From the NCBI GenBank assembly GCA_965215265.1, contig OZ244048.1:192001-256000 (forward strand): DNA of 64,000 nucleotides. The letters run 5' to 3'. Under the pieces are notes generated by a model. The model searched no databases. It was not told where the DNA came from and worked only from the letters and a program-made list of their open reading frames with translations. Position numbers and translations under genes: made by a program. Numbering within the stretch: position 1 is the first letter of the stretch; every line of letters begins with the position of its first letter. The stretch comes from Candidatus Poribacteria bacterium (GTDB lineage: Bacteria; Poribacteria; WGA-4E; WGA-3G). This document shows, one piece after another, positions 49,327 through 59,335 of the stretch.

Positions 49327-50085
49327 GTGCGAGGCGATTTTGAAGCGTATCTGAATGACGATTTTCGCGATGAAAATGGAAAACTGGATTTAGGAAGTCT
49401 TTTGGAATTAGAGGACGAAGCGGACATTGATGTTGCTGTGATTATGCCGAATACCCAACCGAATCCGCAAAATGCGGCACTTGCTGATGCGATTCGTGGA
49501 AATCCACGCGCGCTTGGATGTGCCCTTATACATCCGACAGAAGCGCAACCTGTACAGCAGGTTCAGCAGGCAGCAGATACTTGGGGAATGCGTGGTATTA
49601 AACTCATGCCAACTGTGCATAATTACAATGTGGATGATGAAATAGTACAACCGGTAGTTGAAGCTGCACGTGAGCATGGGCTCATCATCTCAATTCATTC
49701 CGGCCCTAACAATTGTCATCCGAACCGTATCGGCAAAGTTGCAAGTTGGGTGCCTGAGACACCGGTCATCATGGATCATATGGGCTTGCCGGAGGATTTG
49801 GATGCAGCAATTTCGGTAGCACAACGAAACCCGAATGTCTTCCTCGGAACTACAATCCTCCGCTTTCATAGACGCTGGGGAACGGATGCAAATACGGTCG
49901 TTCCGATGGAGGTAAAGAAAGCAGTCGCTGCCGTGGGGCCCGAGCAAATTGTATTTGGCTCCAATCTGCCTGAGTACCGTCCAATTCAGGTTATCAATGC
50001 CCTAAAGAGATTGGAGCTCGGTGACGACGCAGAAACTCTTATTTTTGGTGGGAACCTTGCTCGCATTTACGGATTAGAAACGTAG
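49327..50085 (+). CDS. Amidohydrolase_2 family metal-dependent hydrolase
   Basis: AGGAGG then GTG at 49327; 'GMRGIKL', 'IHSG', 'MDHMG' and 'IVFGSNLP'. Confidence 0.85.
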   Translation: MRGDFEAYLNDDFRDENGKLDLGSLLELEDEADIDVAVIMPNTQPNPQNAALADAIRGNPRALGCALIHPTEAQPVQQVQQAADTWGMRGIKLMPTVHNYNVDDEIVQPVVEAAREHGLIISIHSGPNNCHPNRIGKVASWVPETPVIMDHMGLPEDLDAAISVAQRNPNVFLGTTILRFHRRWGTDANTVVPMEVKKAVAAVGPEQIVFGSNLPEYRPIQVINALKRLELGDDAETLIFGGNLARIYGLET

Positions 50086-50109
50086 GCACATTTGTATCAT
50101 AACCTAGAA

Positions 50110-50212
50110 AGGCTCAGACGAGATTTACACACAGGACATCGTGACATAAGTTGCGAGATAAGAATACCTATCTCGCAACCCACTGGGTGATGACGGTATG
50201 GAGATATACAGA
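50110..50212 (+). repeat. Dispersed repeat unit interrupted by a 30-bp palindrome
   Basis: 'ggctcagacgagatttacacacaggacatcgtgacataa', then GTTGCGAGATA-agaatacc-TATCTCGCAAC, then 'tgacggtatggagatatacag'. Confidence 0.85.
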
Positions 50213-50225
50213 GAGGTTTTTAAAG

Positions 50226-51305
50226 GTGAGCACGCTAAAACGCACACCTCTTTATGATGTTCACACTGCACTCACTGCAAAATTTACCCACTTCAGCGGA
50301 TGGGAGATGCCGCTCCAGTACAGCAGCATTGTCACGGAGCATCTCTCTGTGCGGCGCGCTGTTGGGCTGTTTGATTTGTCCCACATGGGAGAAATTGAGG
50401 TCCGCGGACACGGGGCAAACGAGTTGGTTCAAAAACTCAGCACCAACGACGTGAACCGTTTAACCGATGGACGTGTGTTGTACACACTCCTTTGTAACGA
50501 GACAGGTGGAATAGTTGATGATATTCTCATTTACCGCCGCACCGATAACTACTATATGCTGGTTGTCAACGCTGCCAACATTGAAAAAGATCTGGCATGG
50601 CTGGAACTCCATAATGACGAGGACGCGGATGTAAGAGATGTAAGCGAGGACACAATCCTCATTGCGCTACAAGGACCTGCAGCAATCAAAACGCTGCGTC
50701 CCCTCGTACCCAAGTTGGATGTGGGAAAAATTCCGTATTTTCGGTTTGCCAACGGCGAGATAGCAGGGATGCGGACTGTGATTTCACGAACCGGTTACAC
50801 AGGGGAAGTCGGTTTTGAGTTGTATGTGGACACCAAAAACGCAAAACGTTTGTGGGATACGCTTTATCCCGCAGTGACATCGGCTGGCGGACAACCCGTC
50901 GGACTTGGTGCACGTGATACACTACGACTTGAAGCAGGGCTTCGACTCTACGGCATGGACATGGACGAAAACACGACACCCTTTGAAGTTGGGCTGAGTA
51001 GGTTTATCAAATTTAAGAACCGACAATTTATTGGCAAGGCAGCACTCCTCGCACAGAAACGGAAAGGAGCCCTTGCAAGGCAGATGGTAGGTTTTCAGAT
51101 GCTTGGCCGCGCCGTGGCACGTGCTGGCCATCACGTCTATCAAAAGGGCAAGCACATAGGGAATGTGACGAGCGGTGCACCTTCACCGAGTCTTAAATGT
51201 AATATCGGTTTCGCGTCCATCTCTCAAAATATTGGGAAAAGCATCGAAATTGACATCCGAGGAAAACTGCACCCTGCGAAAATCGTGGAAATCCCTTTTT
51301 TATAG
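50226..51305 (+). CDS. gcvT: Glycine cleavage system T protein
   Basis: 'LKRTPLY', 'GLFDLSHMGE', 'SRTGYTGEVGFE' and 'GLGARDTLRLEAG'. Confidence 0.97.
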   Translation: MSTLKRTPLYDVHTALTAKFTHFSGWEMPLQYSSIVTEHLSVRRAVGLFDLSHMGEIEVRGHGANELVQKLSTNDVNRLTDGRVLYTLLCNETGGIVDDILIYRRTDNYYMLVVNAANIEKDLAWLELHNDEDADVRDVSEDTILIALQGPAAIKTLRPLVPKLDVGKIPYFRFANGEIAGMRTVISRTGYTGEVGFELYVDTKNAKRLWDTLYPAVTSAGGQPVGLGARDTLRLEAGLRLYGMDMDENTTPFEVGLSRFIKFKNRQFIGKAALLAQKRKGALARQMVGFQMLGRAVARAGHHVYQKGKHIGNVTSGAPSPSLKCNIGFASISQNIGKSIEIDIRGKLHPAKIVEIPFL

Positions 51306-51367
51306 ATGTTTATAATTTTGAATTTTCGTCTACAAGAGCACGATAAAGATGTTTGTGGCAGGAACTC

Positions 51368-51405
51368 TCAAAACCTAAGCCTTGATGGTACGGAGATATA
51401 CAAAA
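51368..51405 (+). repeat. 3' half of the dispersed repeat, ending at the gcvH start
   Basis: 'caaaacctaagccttgatggtacggagatatacaaaa' then TTG. Confidence 0.8.
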
Positions 51406-51783
51406 TTGTTTCCACAAGATTTGAAATACCTGGAAAGCCATGAATGGGCACGACAAGAAGGCGATATCGCAATTATCGGCATAACAGATTACGCCCAAGC
51501 CGAAATTCAGGATATCGTCTATGTTGAATTACCTGATATCGGGACCCACGTCACGCAGAAAACTGAGTTTGGCATAATAGAATCTGTCAAGGCTGCATTT
51601 GAACTCTATGCACCAGTGAGTGGTGAAGTCCTTGCAGTAAATGAATCCCTAGATGACACCCCGGAGTCTGTCAATACATCACCCTATGACGCAGGATGGC
51701 TGATAAAAATCAGAATGACGGATGCAGGGGAGCTAGCGGAACTCCTTGATGCAGAAGGATATCAGGCACAAATTGAATCATAG
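51406..51783 (+). CDS. gcvH: Glycine cleavage system H protein
   Basis: 'PQDLKYLESHEW', 'GITDYAQ' and lipoyl-Lys 'IESVKA'; TTG start inferred. Confidence 0.95.
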   Translation: MFPQDLKYLESHEWARQEGDIAIIGITDYAQAEIQDIVYVELPDIGTHVTQKTEFGIIESVKAAFELYAPVSGEVLAVNESLDDTPESVNTSPYDAGWLIKIRMTDAGELAELLDAEGYQAQIES

Positions 51784-51911
51784 AAAGTTATATAGAGGTC
51801 TTCTAAAGTTATAGGAAAGCAAAATAACAAAAATGATTGCTCATTTATGAAAAAGGCTTACTTTTTCATAAACTATAGGCAGCGACGAGCTCGCTCTTTT
51901 CAGGAATAGGC

Positions 51912-54896
51912 ATGGTTTCACAATCCACATTCGCACATCGTCATATAGGCCCACGCCCGGAAGAGATTCAGGAGATGTTAGCCACCCTCGGTTACACTTC
52001 CATGAAAGCCTTTATTGAAAATGTGGTTCCGGCAGATATTCGCCTTACCGAGCCACTCGCGTTAGAGTTAGATGAACTGTGTGCTAATGCCTTCCCCCTT
52101 TCAGAATCCGAGATGCTTGCTGCATTAAAGCAGCTTGCTTCTCATAACCAGATCTACCGTTCCTTTATCGGCATGGGCTACTATAACTGCATCGTGCCGC
52201 CGGTCATCCAACGAAACGTTCTTGAAAATCCAGCATGGTATACACAATACACGCCGTATCAAGCCGAAATTTCACAAGGACGCTTGGAAGCATTGCTCAA
52301 CTTCCAGACAATGGTGATTGATTTGACAGCACTTCCTGTCACGAATGCTTCACTCTTGGATGAGGCGACAGCTGCCGCTGAAGCCATGGGGCTGTGCCTC
52401 GCTGTAGCAAGTGCGCGTCGTCGTTCGGGTAAAACTGACGGCGGCAATATTTTTTTTGTTTCGCAGACCTGCCATCCACAGACAATAGCTGTGTTAAAAA
52501 CGCGTGCTGAACCGCTCGGTATCCAATTGAAAATCGGAAATCACCTAGATATGAATTCCCATCAACCCATTCTGGGAGCGATTGTGCAATACCCCGGAAC
52601 AGACGGGACAATCTACGACTACAGCGACTTCGCTCAGCAAGTTCATCATCTCGGTGGGTTACTGATCGCCGCCACAGACTTGCTTGCTCTGACGCTTCTG
52701 CGGCCCCCTGGTGAGTTCGGTGCTGACATCGCAATTGGCAGTGCACAACGGTTTGGAGTTCCCCTCGGTTATGGCGGTCCGCATGCAGCATTCCTTTCTA
52801 CCCGCGAAGAACTCAAACGTCGTATTCCCGGGCGTATCGCAGGTGTCTCGCACGATACCACGGGGAAACCTGCTGTCCGCCTCGCACTCCAAACGCGCGA
52901 ACAACATATCCGCCGCGAAAAAGCGACAAGCAATATTTGTACAGCACAAGTACTGCTGGCAGTTATGGCAGGGATGTACGCTGTTTATCACGGTCCTAGC
53001 GGCTTAAAACAAATTGCAGAACGCGTTCACACCTTAACCTACACACTTCGTACAGGACTTGAGAAGCTCAGTTGGAAAACCGGCGATGCTCCTTGTTTTG
53101 ATACAGTCTACATTACAGTCAACCGCCCGGAACTTGTGGAAGAACTTCTCGCGGCGGCACGCGTGAAATTGATAAATCTCCGCAAAATTGATGCAACTCG
53201 CATCGGGATTTCCCTTGACGAAACAACTACATCTACTGATGTTGAGCGGATTCTTGAAATCTTTGCGACAGCTGTCTCTCGTCCAATAAATAGAACTATC
53301 GATTCTGCTACAGCAAAAGAACATATGATTCATAGCCTCGAAAAACACACGAGTATTCATGACATAAGCGTTGATGGTACGAAGATATACAAGAATCAGG
53401 TTCCTACAGCCTTACATCGAGAAACGGCTTATCTCACTCATCCTGTTTTCAATCGGTATCATTCTGAAACGGAGATGCTCCGATACATTCACAAACTCCA
53501 AACGAAAGATCTTTCTTTAGTCCACGCGATGATTCCTCTCGGTTCATGTACAATGAAACTCAATGCGACGGCGGAGATGGTACCGGTGACGTGGCCGGAG
53601 TTCAGCGAACTTCATCCTTTCGTACCTCGCGAGCAGGCGAAGGGTTATCATACATTATTTGAACAGTTGGAAGGATGGTTAGCCGAGATTACCGGGTATA
53701 GCGCGGTATCGCTGCAACCGAATGCCGGTTCACAAGGTGAATATGCTGGACTGTTAGTTATACGCAAATACCACCAGAGCCGAAATGAGGCACGCCGAGA
53801 TGTCTGTTTAATTCCGACATCCGCCCATGGCACAAATCCAGCGAGTGCTGTCATGGCAGGGATGAAAGTTGTAGGGGTTGCATGCGATTCAGATGGCAAT
53901 ATAGACCTAACTGATTTACGGCAGAAAGCAGAGATACATCGTGACAGGCTCGCTGCTGCGATGATTACCTACCCTTCAACGCACGGAGTCTTTGAAAAAC
54001 GGATTCGCCTTCTTTGCAATATTGTTCATCAGGCAGGGGGGCAAGTCTACATGGACGGCGCCAATCTCAACGCGCTTGTCGGGCTTAGCCGTCCAGCGGA
54101 TATCGGGACCGATGTATGTCATCTCAATCTTCATAAAACGTTCTGCATTCCCCATGGCGGCGGCGGGCCTGGAATGGGACCCATTGGGGTTGCATCACAT
54201 CTCAAGCCGTTTTTGCCAACGCATCCGATTATCTCTATAGAAGAGAACCCTCAAGGAATTGGCCCCGTTTCCGCAGCCCCGTGGGGGAGCGCTAGCATCC
54301 TCCCGATTTCTTGGACATACATCGCCATGATGGGCGCAGCAGGGTTGAAAACAGCAACTGAAGTAGCAATTCTCAATGCGAATTACCTTGCCGCCCGTTT
54401 GGCAACGTACTATCCTATCCTTTATACAGGAAAAAGCGGACGGGTTGCTCATGAATGCATCATCGATTTGCGGGACTTTAAGAAAACAGCAGACATAGAT
54501 GTCACTGATGTCGCGAAACGCCTCATGGACTATGGGTTCCACGCACCCACTGTATCTTGGCCAGTCCTTGGCACAATGATGATTGAACCGACGGAAAGCG
54601 AATCAAAAACCGAATTGGAACGGTTCTGTGATGCCCTTATTTTGATACGACAGGAGATTGCCGATATTGAGACTGGCATCGCTGACCGGCAAAATAATGT
54701 ACTCAAAAACGCACCCCACACTATAGGGGCAGTCACCGCGACAGACTGGCATCATCCGTACACGCGCGAAGCAGCCGCGTTTCCAGCCCCGTGGGTACGC
54801 GAACATAAATTTTGGCCCGCTGTCACACGTATTAATGAAGTCCATGGGGATAGGAATCTTATCTGTAGCTGCCCATCACTTGATGAATACTCTTAA
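51912..54896 (+). CDS. gcvP: Glycine dehydrogenase (P protein, single chain)
   Basis: 'FAHRHIGP', '[14 protein letters not shown]', '[14 protein letters not shown]' and 'HLNLHKTF'. Confidence 0.98.
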   Translation: MVSQSTFAHRHIGPRPEEIQEMLATLGYTSMKAFIENVVPADIRLTEPLALELDELCANAFPLSESEMLAALKQLASHNQIYRSFIGMGYYNCIVPPVIQRNVLENPAWYTQYTPYQAEISQGRLEALLNFQTMVIDLTALPVTNASLLDEATAAAEAMGLCLAVASARRRSGKTDGGNIFFVSQTCHPQTIAVLKTRAEPLGIQLKIGNHLDMNSHQPILGAIVQYPGTDGTIYDYSDFAQQVHHLGGLLIAATDLLALTLLRPPGEFGADIAIGSAQRFGVPLGYGGPHAAFLSTREELKRRIPGRIAGVSHDTTGKPAVRLALQTREQHIRREKATSNICTAQVLLAVMAGMYAVYHGPSGLKQIAERVHTLTYTLRTGLEKLSWKTGDAPCFDTVYITVNRPELVEELLAAARVKLINLRKIDATRIGISLDETTTSTDVERILEIFATAVSRPINRTIDSATAKEHMIHSLEKHTSIHDISVDGTKIYKNQVPTALHRETAYLTHPVFNRYHSETEMLRYIHKLQTKDLSLVHAMIPLGSCTMKLNATAEMVPVTWPEFSELHPFVPREQAKGYHTLFEQLEGWLAEITGYSAVSLQPNAGSQGEYAGLLVIRKYHQSRNEARRDVCLIPTSAHGTNPASAVMAGMKVVGVACDSDGNIDLTDLRQKAEIHRDRLAAAMITYPSTHGVFEKRIRLLCNIVHQAGGQVYMDGANLNALVGLSRPADIGTDVCHLNLHKTFCIPHGGGGPGMGPIGVASHLKPFLPTHPIISIEENPQGIGPVSAAPWGSASILPISWTYIAMMGAAGLKTATEVAILNANYLAARLATYYPILYTGKSGRVAHECIIDLRDFKKTADIDVTDVAKRLMDYGFHAPTVSWPVLGTMMIEPTESESKTELERFCDALILIRQEIADIETGIADRQNNVLKNAPHTIGAVTATDWHHPYTREAAAFPAPWVREHKFWPAVTRINEVHGDRNLICSCPSLDEYS

Positions 54897-55042
54897 AAAC
54901 AGAATTATCTCTCATCAATTCGGTTATGAATAATGTGGCAGGATAAGGTATGGCAGGATAGGTATTCCCAATGGGTGGCGAGTAAAAGGTAGTTTATAGA
55001 TGGCAGGGATAAGATAATCTTCTCTCATGGACAGAGAAAGAA

Positions 55043-55305
55043 AACCGAACCCCGCCAAAAGTTATCAGCGGTGAAGAAAATGATATTTAGAGACAATACA
55101 TCAAGAGGCTCCGACGAGATTTTCACAGTCATTGACAATACATAATGCGTTATCGGGCTGAAATATGCAAAAAAAACGAGATTTTCACAGTTATTGACAA
55201 TACATAATGCGTTATCGGGCTGAAATATGCAAAAAAACGAGATTTTCACAGTTATTGACAATACATAATGCGTTATCGGGCTGAAATATACAAAAAAACG
55301 AAAAA
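55043..55305 (+). repeat. Extended repeat element with three tandem 61-62-bp units directly before the trkA ATG
   Basis: Unit CGAGATTTTCACAGTYATTGACAATACATAATGCGTTATCGGGCTGAAATATRCAAAAAAA starts at 55115, 55177 and 55238. Confidence 0.95.
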
Positions 55306-56712
55306 ATGAAAGCAATAATCATAGGTGCCGGAGAAGTTGGTTTTCATATTGCCAAACTCCTAACCCTTCAAAGTAATGATGTCGTCCTGATTGACGAATC
55401 TGAGGAAGCTTGTCAGCGGGTAGATGAACAATTGGATCTGCTTTCACTTCGTGGCTCGGGTGCCTCGCCGCACCTACTCAAAGCAGCTGGCATTGATGAA
55501 GCAGAAATCCTCATTGCTGTTACCAACAGAGATGAAATCAATATACTCGCTTGTCAAATAGCCTCAAGATACAATGTAGAGATCAAAATCGCCCGCGTTT
55601 CAAATCCAGACTATTTCTCCTCAGAAAGTGAATTCACACCTGCTGATTTCGGCATAGACCTGCTGGTTAATCCAGAGGAACTGTGTGTCGCGGAATTTTT
55701 CCGTTTACTAAAGATACCCGAAGCCAGAGAAATTGTCGAATTTGAAGATGGGCGCATCCAACTCGTGTCCTTCCGCGTTAAACAGTCCAATCCGTTCATC
55801 GGAAAATCCCTCGCCGAATTGGATAAAAATGGCATGTTAACTGATATCCGATTCGCAGCAATTAGCCGCCGGAGAGGGGCAAACGGAACAGGGGCGCAGC
55901 AAACTTCGCGCCGGAACATCATCATCCCTAGAGGCACCGATGTTTTGCAACAAGGCGATGATGTATTTGTTATAGGCAGTGCTATTGCTGTTGAGCAGCT
56001 CCTCCGCATCAGCGGTATTCTGTTTAACCAACACCTTGAGCGGGTAATCATTGTTGGAGGAAGTGCAATTGGTATACAGCTCGCTCGCAAATTAGAAAAA
56101 AATCACACGGATGTCAAACTTATTGAAGCCGAGCCAAAGAGAGCTGAATTGGCCTCTGAAAACTTGAAACACACAACGGTTTTACATGGCAACTATCTCC
56201 AATTCCGGCTTTTGGAAGAAGCTGGAGTGGCGGATGTAAACGGCTTTGTTGCTGTCACGGGTGATGATGAAAATGACATTATGGCGTGTATGACAGCGAA
56301 AGAGAACGGTGCGCACCGCGTTCTCGCCCTTATCCAACAACCCCGCTACCTCCCACTGCTCGCACGCATCCCACGTCTTGATGGCGCCGTCAGCAGACAT
56401 CTCTCTGTCGTCAGCAATATCCTACGACTCATTCGACGTGGGAATATTGTCTCTGTCGCCTCGCTTCGTGGAATAGAGGCAGAAGTCATTGAAATTGTCG
56501 CTGGAGTCAACGCTAAAATTGTACACAAAGCACTCGTTTCCTTCAAAACGAAATTTCCGCAAAACGCTTTTATTGGTGCTATAATTCGTCGCAATAAATT
56601 CATTATTCCCCATGGGCAGACCGTCCTACAACCCGCAGATCGAGTCATCGTGTTTTGTATGCCGGATGCTATTCCTATAATAGAAGACCTGTTTGCAGAA
56701 CGGAGAAATTAG
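55306..56712 (+). CDS. trkA: Trk potassium uptake NAD-binding subunit
   Basis: Two RCK_N (GAGEVG; GGSAIG) plus RCK_C domains. Confidence 0.95.
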   Translation: MKAIIIGAGEVGFHIAKLLTLQSNDVVLIDESEEACQRVDEQLDLLSLRGSGASPHLLKAAGIDEAEILIAVTNRDEINILACQIASRYNVEIKIARVSNPDYFSSESEFTPADFGIDLLVNPEELCVAEFFRLLKIPEAREIVEFEDGRIQLVSFRVKQSNPFIGKSLAELDKNGMLTDIRFAAISRRRGANGTGAQQTSRRNIIIPRGTDVLQQGDDVFVIGSAIAVEQLLRISGILFNQHLERVIIVGGSAIGIQLARKLEKNHTDVKLIEAEPKRAELASENLKHTTVLHGNYLQFRLLEEAGVADVNGFVAVTGDDENDIMACMTAKENGAHRVLALIQQPRYLPLLARIPRLDGAVSRHLSVVSNILRLIRRGNIVSVASLRGIEAEVIEIVAGVNAKIVHKALVSFKTKFPQNAFIGAIIRRNKFIIPHGQTVLQPADRVIVFCMPDAIPIIEDLFAERRN

Positions 56713-56729
56713 CTTGCACCCAAAAAAAC

Positions 56730-58238
56730 ATGAGTCGCCGCCTAATTTTTTACACCCTCGGTAATTTATTGATTTTCCTCGCAGGAACGATGCTACTTCC
56801 TATGGTAGTTGCTCTCTGCTATGAGGTAGAATCGGGTGACTCTCAAAACGATTTGGGTGCCTTTGCTATCTCTACCGTAATCACCCTCATCGTTGGGCTA
56901 GGGCTGCGCTTCAGTATAAAAAAACGACAGCAAGAACTCAGGATTCGGGAAAGTTTCGCTGTCGTTACATTGGGATGGATAACGGTAGCACTCTTCGGGG
57001 CGTTTCCTTACATGATAGGGAATGTGTTTGAAGCAGAGGGACGCTCCCCCTGGGCAGAATTCTCCTTCTGTTACTTTGAATCTATGTCCGGATTTTCGAC
57101 GACAGGGGCTACCGTCTTAACTGAAATTGAGCATCTCTCTCATTCTATCCTATTCTGGCGGAGCTTCTCGCATTGGCTTGGTGGAATGGGCATCGTTGTC
57201 TTCGCGGTAGCAATCCTGCCCATGCTCGGTGTCGGCGGGATGCAGCTATTTCGTGCAGAGGCACCCGGGCCACAGACAGACCGGCTCACACCACGCATCA
57301 CCCAGACAGCTAAGCTACTTTGGGCGGTTTATGTCCTGGTTTCGGTTGCTGAAACACTCTTACTCATGTTTGGCGGCATGTCTCTCTTTGATGCACTCTG
57401 CCATACCTTTGGTACGATGGCCACCGGCGGATTTTCGACCAAAAACGAGAGCATCGCTTACTACGATAGTGTCTATATTGACTTAGTTATCTGCTTTTTT
57501 ATGTTCATCGCCGGCACCAATTTTGCACTCCATTTTTCTTTTATTCGCGGTAATTTCAAGGCATATCTCCGAGATACAGAGTTCCGTTTCTACTTTACGG
57601 TTATCCTCATCAGCATTGTCATCATCTCCTGGAATACCGTCAAGTTTCAGAATGATGATGGACAGATTCCTTACGATTCAATGTGGCCATCTATACGCCA
57701 CGCTATATTTCAAGTCCTCTCCATCATTACAACGACCGGATACGGTACTGCAGACTTTGAAAAATGGCCCGCCCTTTCTCAATTCGTCCTTGTGACGTTA
57801 ATGTTCTACGGCGGATGCGCAGGCTCCACCGGCGGGGGCATGAAGCAGATACGTTTCCTATTGCTCATTCAGCAGAGCAGGGCTGAAATTAAACGTCTTA
57901 TTTTCCCCCACGCCGTCCTTCCAATTCGTGTGAATGAAAAGGTCGTGCCTTCTGAAGTCATGACAAATGTTCTCGGCTTCTTTTTCTTTTTTATCGGTAT
58001 CTTCGCCATTGTCACATGCATTATGGCAACTCTAGGGATAGACCTCGTCAGCGCTGCCGCTTGTACCATTGCCACAATGGGTAACATCGGCCCCGGCCTC
58101 GGGAGTGTCGGGCCCATGGATAACTACGCACACATCCCCACCATCGGAAAGTTTATCCTATCCTTTTGTATGTTATTGGGGCGCTTGGAACTCTATACTG
58201 TATTAATTCTTTTTTCGCCAAATTTCTGGAGGAAATGA
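56730..58238 (+). CDS. trkH: Trk potassium uptake membrane subunit
   Basis: 'FESMSGFSTTGAT', 'ATGGFS', 'TTTGY', 'GNIGPG' and 'GRLE'. Confidence 0.95.
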   Translation: MSRRLIFYTLGNLLIFLAGTMLLPMVVALCYEVESGDSQNDLGAFAISTVITLIVGLGLRFSIKKRQQELRIRESFAVVTLGWITVALFGAFPYMIGNVFEAEGRSPWAEFSFCYFESMSGFSTTGATVLTEIEHLSHSILFWRSFSHWLGGMGIVVFAVAILPMLGVGGMQLFRAEAPGPQTDRLTPRITQTAKLLWAVYVLVSVAETLLLMFGGMSLFDALCHTFGTMATGGFSTKNESIAYYDSVYIDLVICFFMFIAGTNFALHFSFIRGNFKAYLRDTEFRFYFTVILISIVIISWNTVKFQNDDGQIPYDSMWPSIRHAIFQVLSIITTTGYGTADFEKWPALSQFVLVTLMFYGGCAGSTGGGMKQIRFLLLIQQSRAEIKRLIFPHAVLPIRVNEKVVPSEVMTNVLGFFFFFIGIFAIVTCIMATLGIDLVSAAACTIATMGNIGPGLGSVGPMDNYAHIPTIGKFILSFCMLLGRLELYTVLILFSPNFWRK

Positions 58239-58244
58239 GGAACC

Positions 58245-58886
58245 ATGAAGGCTGATAAACTCCGCAGAGAATACGCAGCCCACGGAGGGCTACTTGAAAA
58301 AGCCGCTGCAAAAAGTCCTTTTGAACAGTTCGAGAAATGGTTCGCAGACGCATGCTCTGCAAAACTGGATCTACCGGATGCTATGACATTGGCCACTGCA
58401 ACGCCAGACGGTATTCCTTCCGCACGAATGGTAGTCCTCAGAGGCTTTGATGAAAACGGTTTCTGTTTCTACACAGATTATGAAAGCCAAAAAGGGAAAG
58501 AACTCGCCGACAACCCACATGCCGCACTCGTTTTCTATTGGCGAGAACTTGACCGGCAAGTCCGGAGCACCGGCACCGTTCAGAAAATGTCTCGCCAAGA
58601 ATCAGATGCTTATTTTGAGAGCCGCCCACTTGGAAGCCGCCTCGCAGTCTGGGCATCGCGCCAGAGCCAGGTCATTACAGCACCAGAAGTGCTTTCCTCA
58701 GGATTCGCATCCGCCCAACAGAGATTTCTGGATGGGCAGATCCCGCGCCCCCCTTATTGGGGAGGCTATCGATTGGTCCCGGACATGTTTGAATTTTGGC
58801 AAGGCTGCCCAAACCGCCTCCACGACCGGCTCTGTTACACGCTGCAACCCCATGGTACATGGCAACTGACGCGCCTCTCACCGTAG
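58245..58886 (+). CDS. pdxH: Pyridoxamine 5'-phosphate oxidase
   Basis: 'PSARMVVL', 'YFESRP' and 'EFWQG.PNRLHDR'. Confidence 0.96.
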   Translation: MKADKLRREYAAHGGLLEKAAAKSPFEQFEKWFADACSAKLDLPDAMTLATATPDGIPSARMVVLRGFDENGFCFYTDYESQKGKELADNPHAALVFYWRELDRQVRSTGTVQKMSRQESDAYFESRPLGSRLAVWASRQSQVITAPEVLSSGFASAQQRFLDGQIPRPPYWGGYRLVPDMFEFWQGCPNRLHDRLCYTLQPHGTWQLTRLSP

Positions 58887-59335
58887 CTTGAGACGTTGGC
58901 AACCGCACTCACGCTCGGCCAGCCCAATAGCGAAGCTGCCATAATAGAGCTGGGTAACGGTATCATCATCAACCTAACTGTCATAAAAACCTTTTTTTCT
59001 AGATGGGGTAGAACTACCAGCAACGATATAAGTATTCTTTTGCGGGTGCATTTGTAACCTTAATCATACCTCTTATATGTTAAGACCGTAAGAAAAAAAA
59101 TGAGCAAACGTTGACTTTTTTGCATCCGCGCGCCCAATTCGCATTTTTTTTAGCAGAACATGTTGAAACTTGACATTATTTACAAAATATGAGAAACTAT
59201 TAAGTGCATAATAAAAAAACGTTTGGCTAATGTAATCTGGCATCATTTTCTTGGCGGAATTGCACGAACGGTGAAATTTCGTTTGAGGTTTTGATGTAAC
59301 TTTAATCTGTGTAGGAGAGAATAGACAATAAGCCA

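Noticed and set aside
55132-55265. TTGACA in each tandem unit as stacked -35 boxes
   Set aside because: No acceptable -10 hexamer lies 16-18 bp downstream (GGGCTG falls there).
55115-55300. Three regular ~61-bp units suggesting a CRISPR array
   Set aside because: The units are near-identical over their whole length with no unique spacers, and no cas genes are present; it is a tandem repeat.
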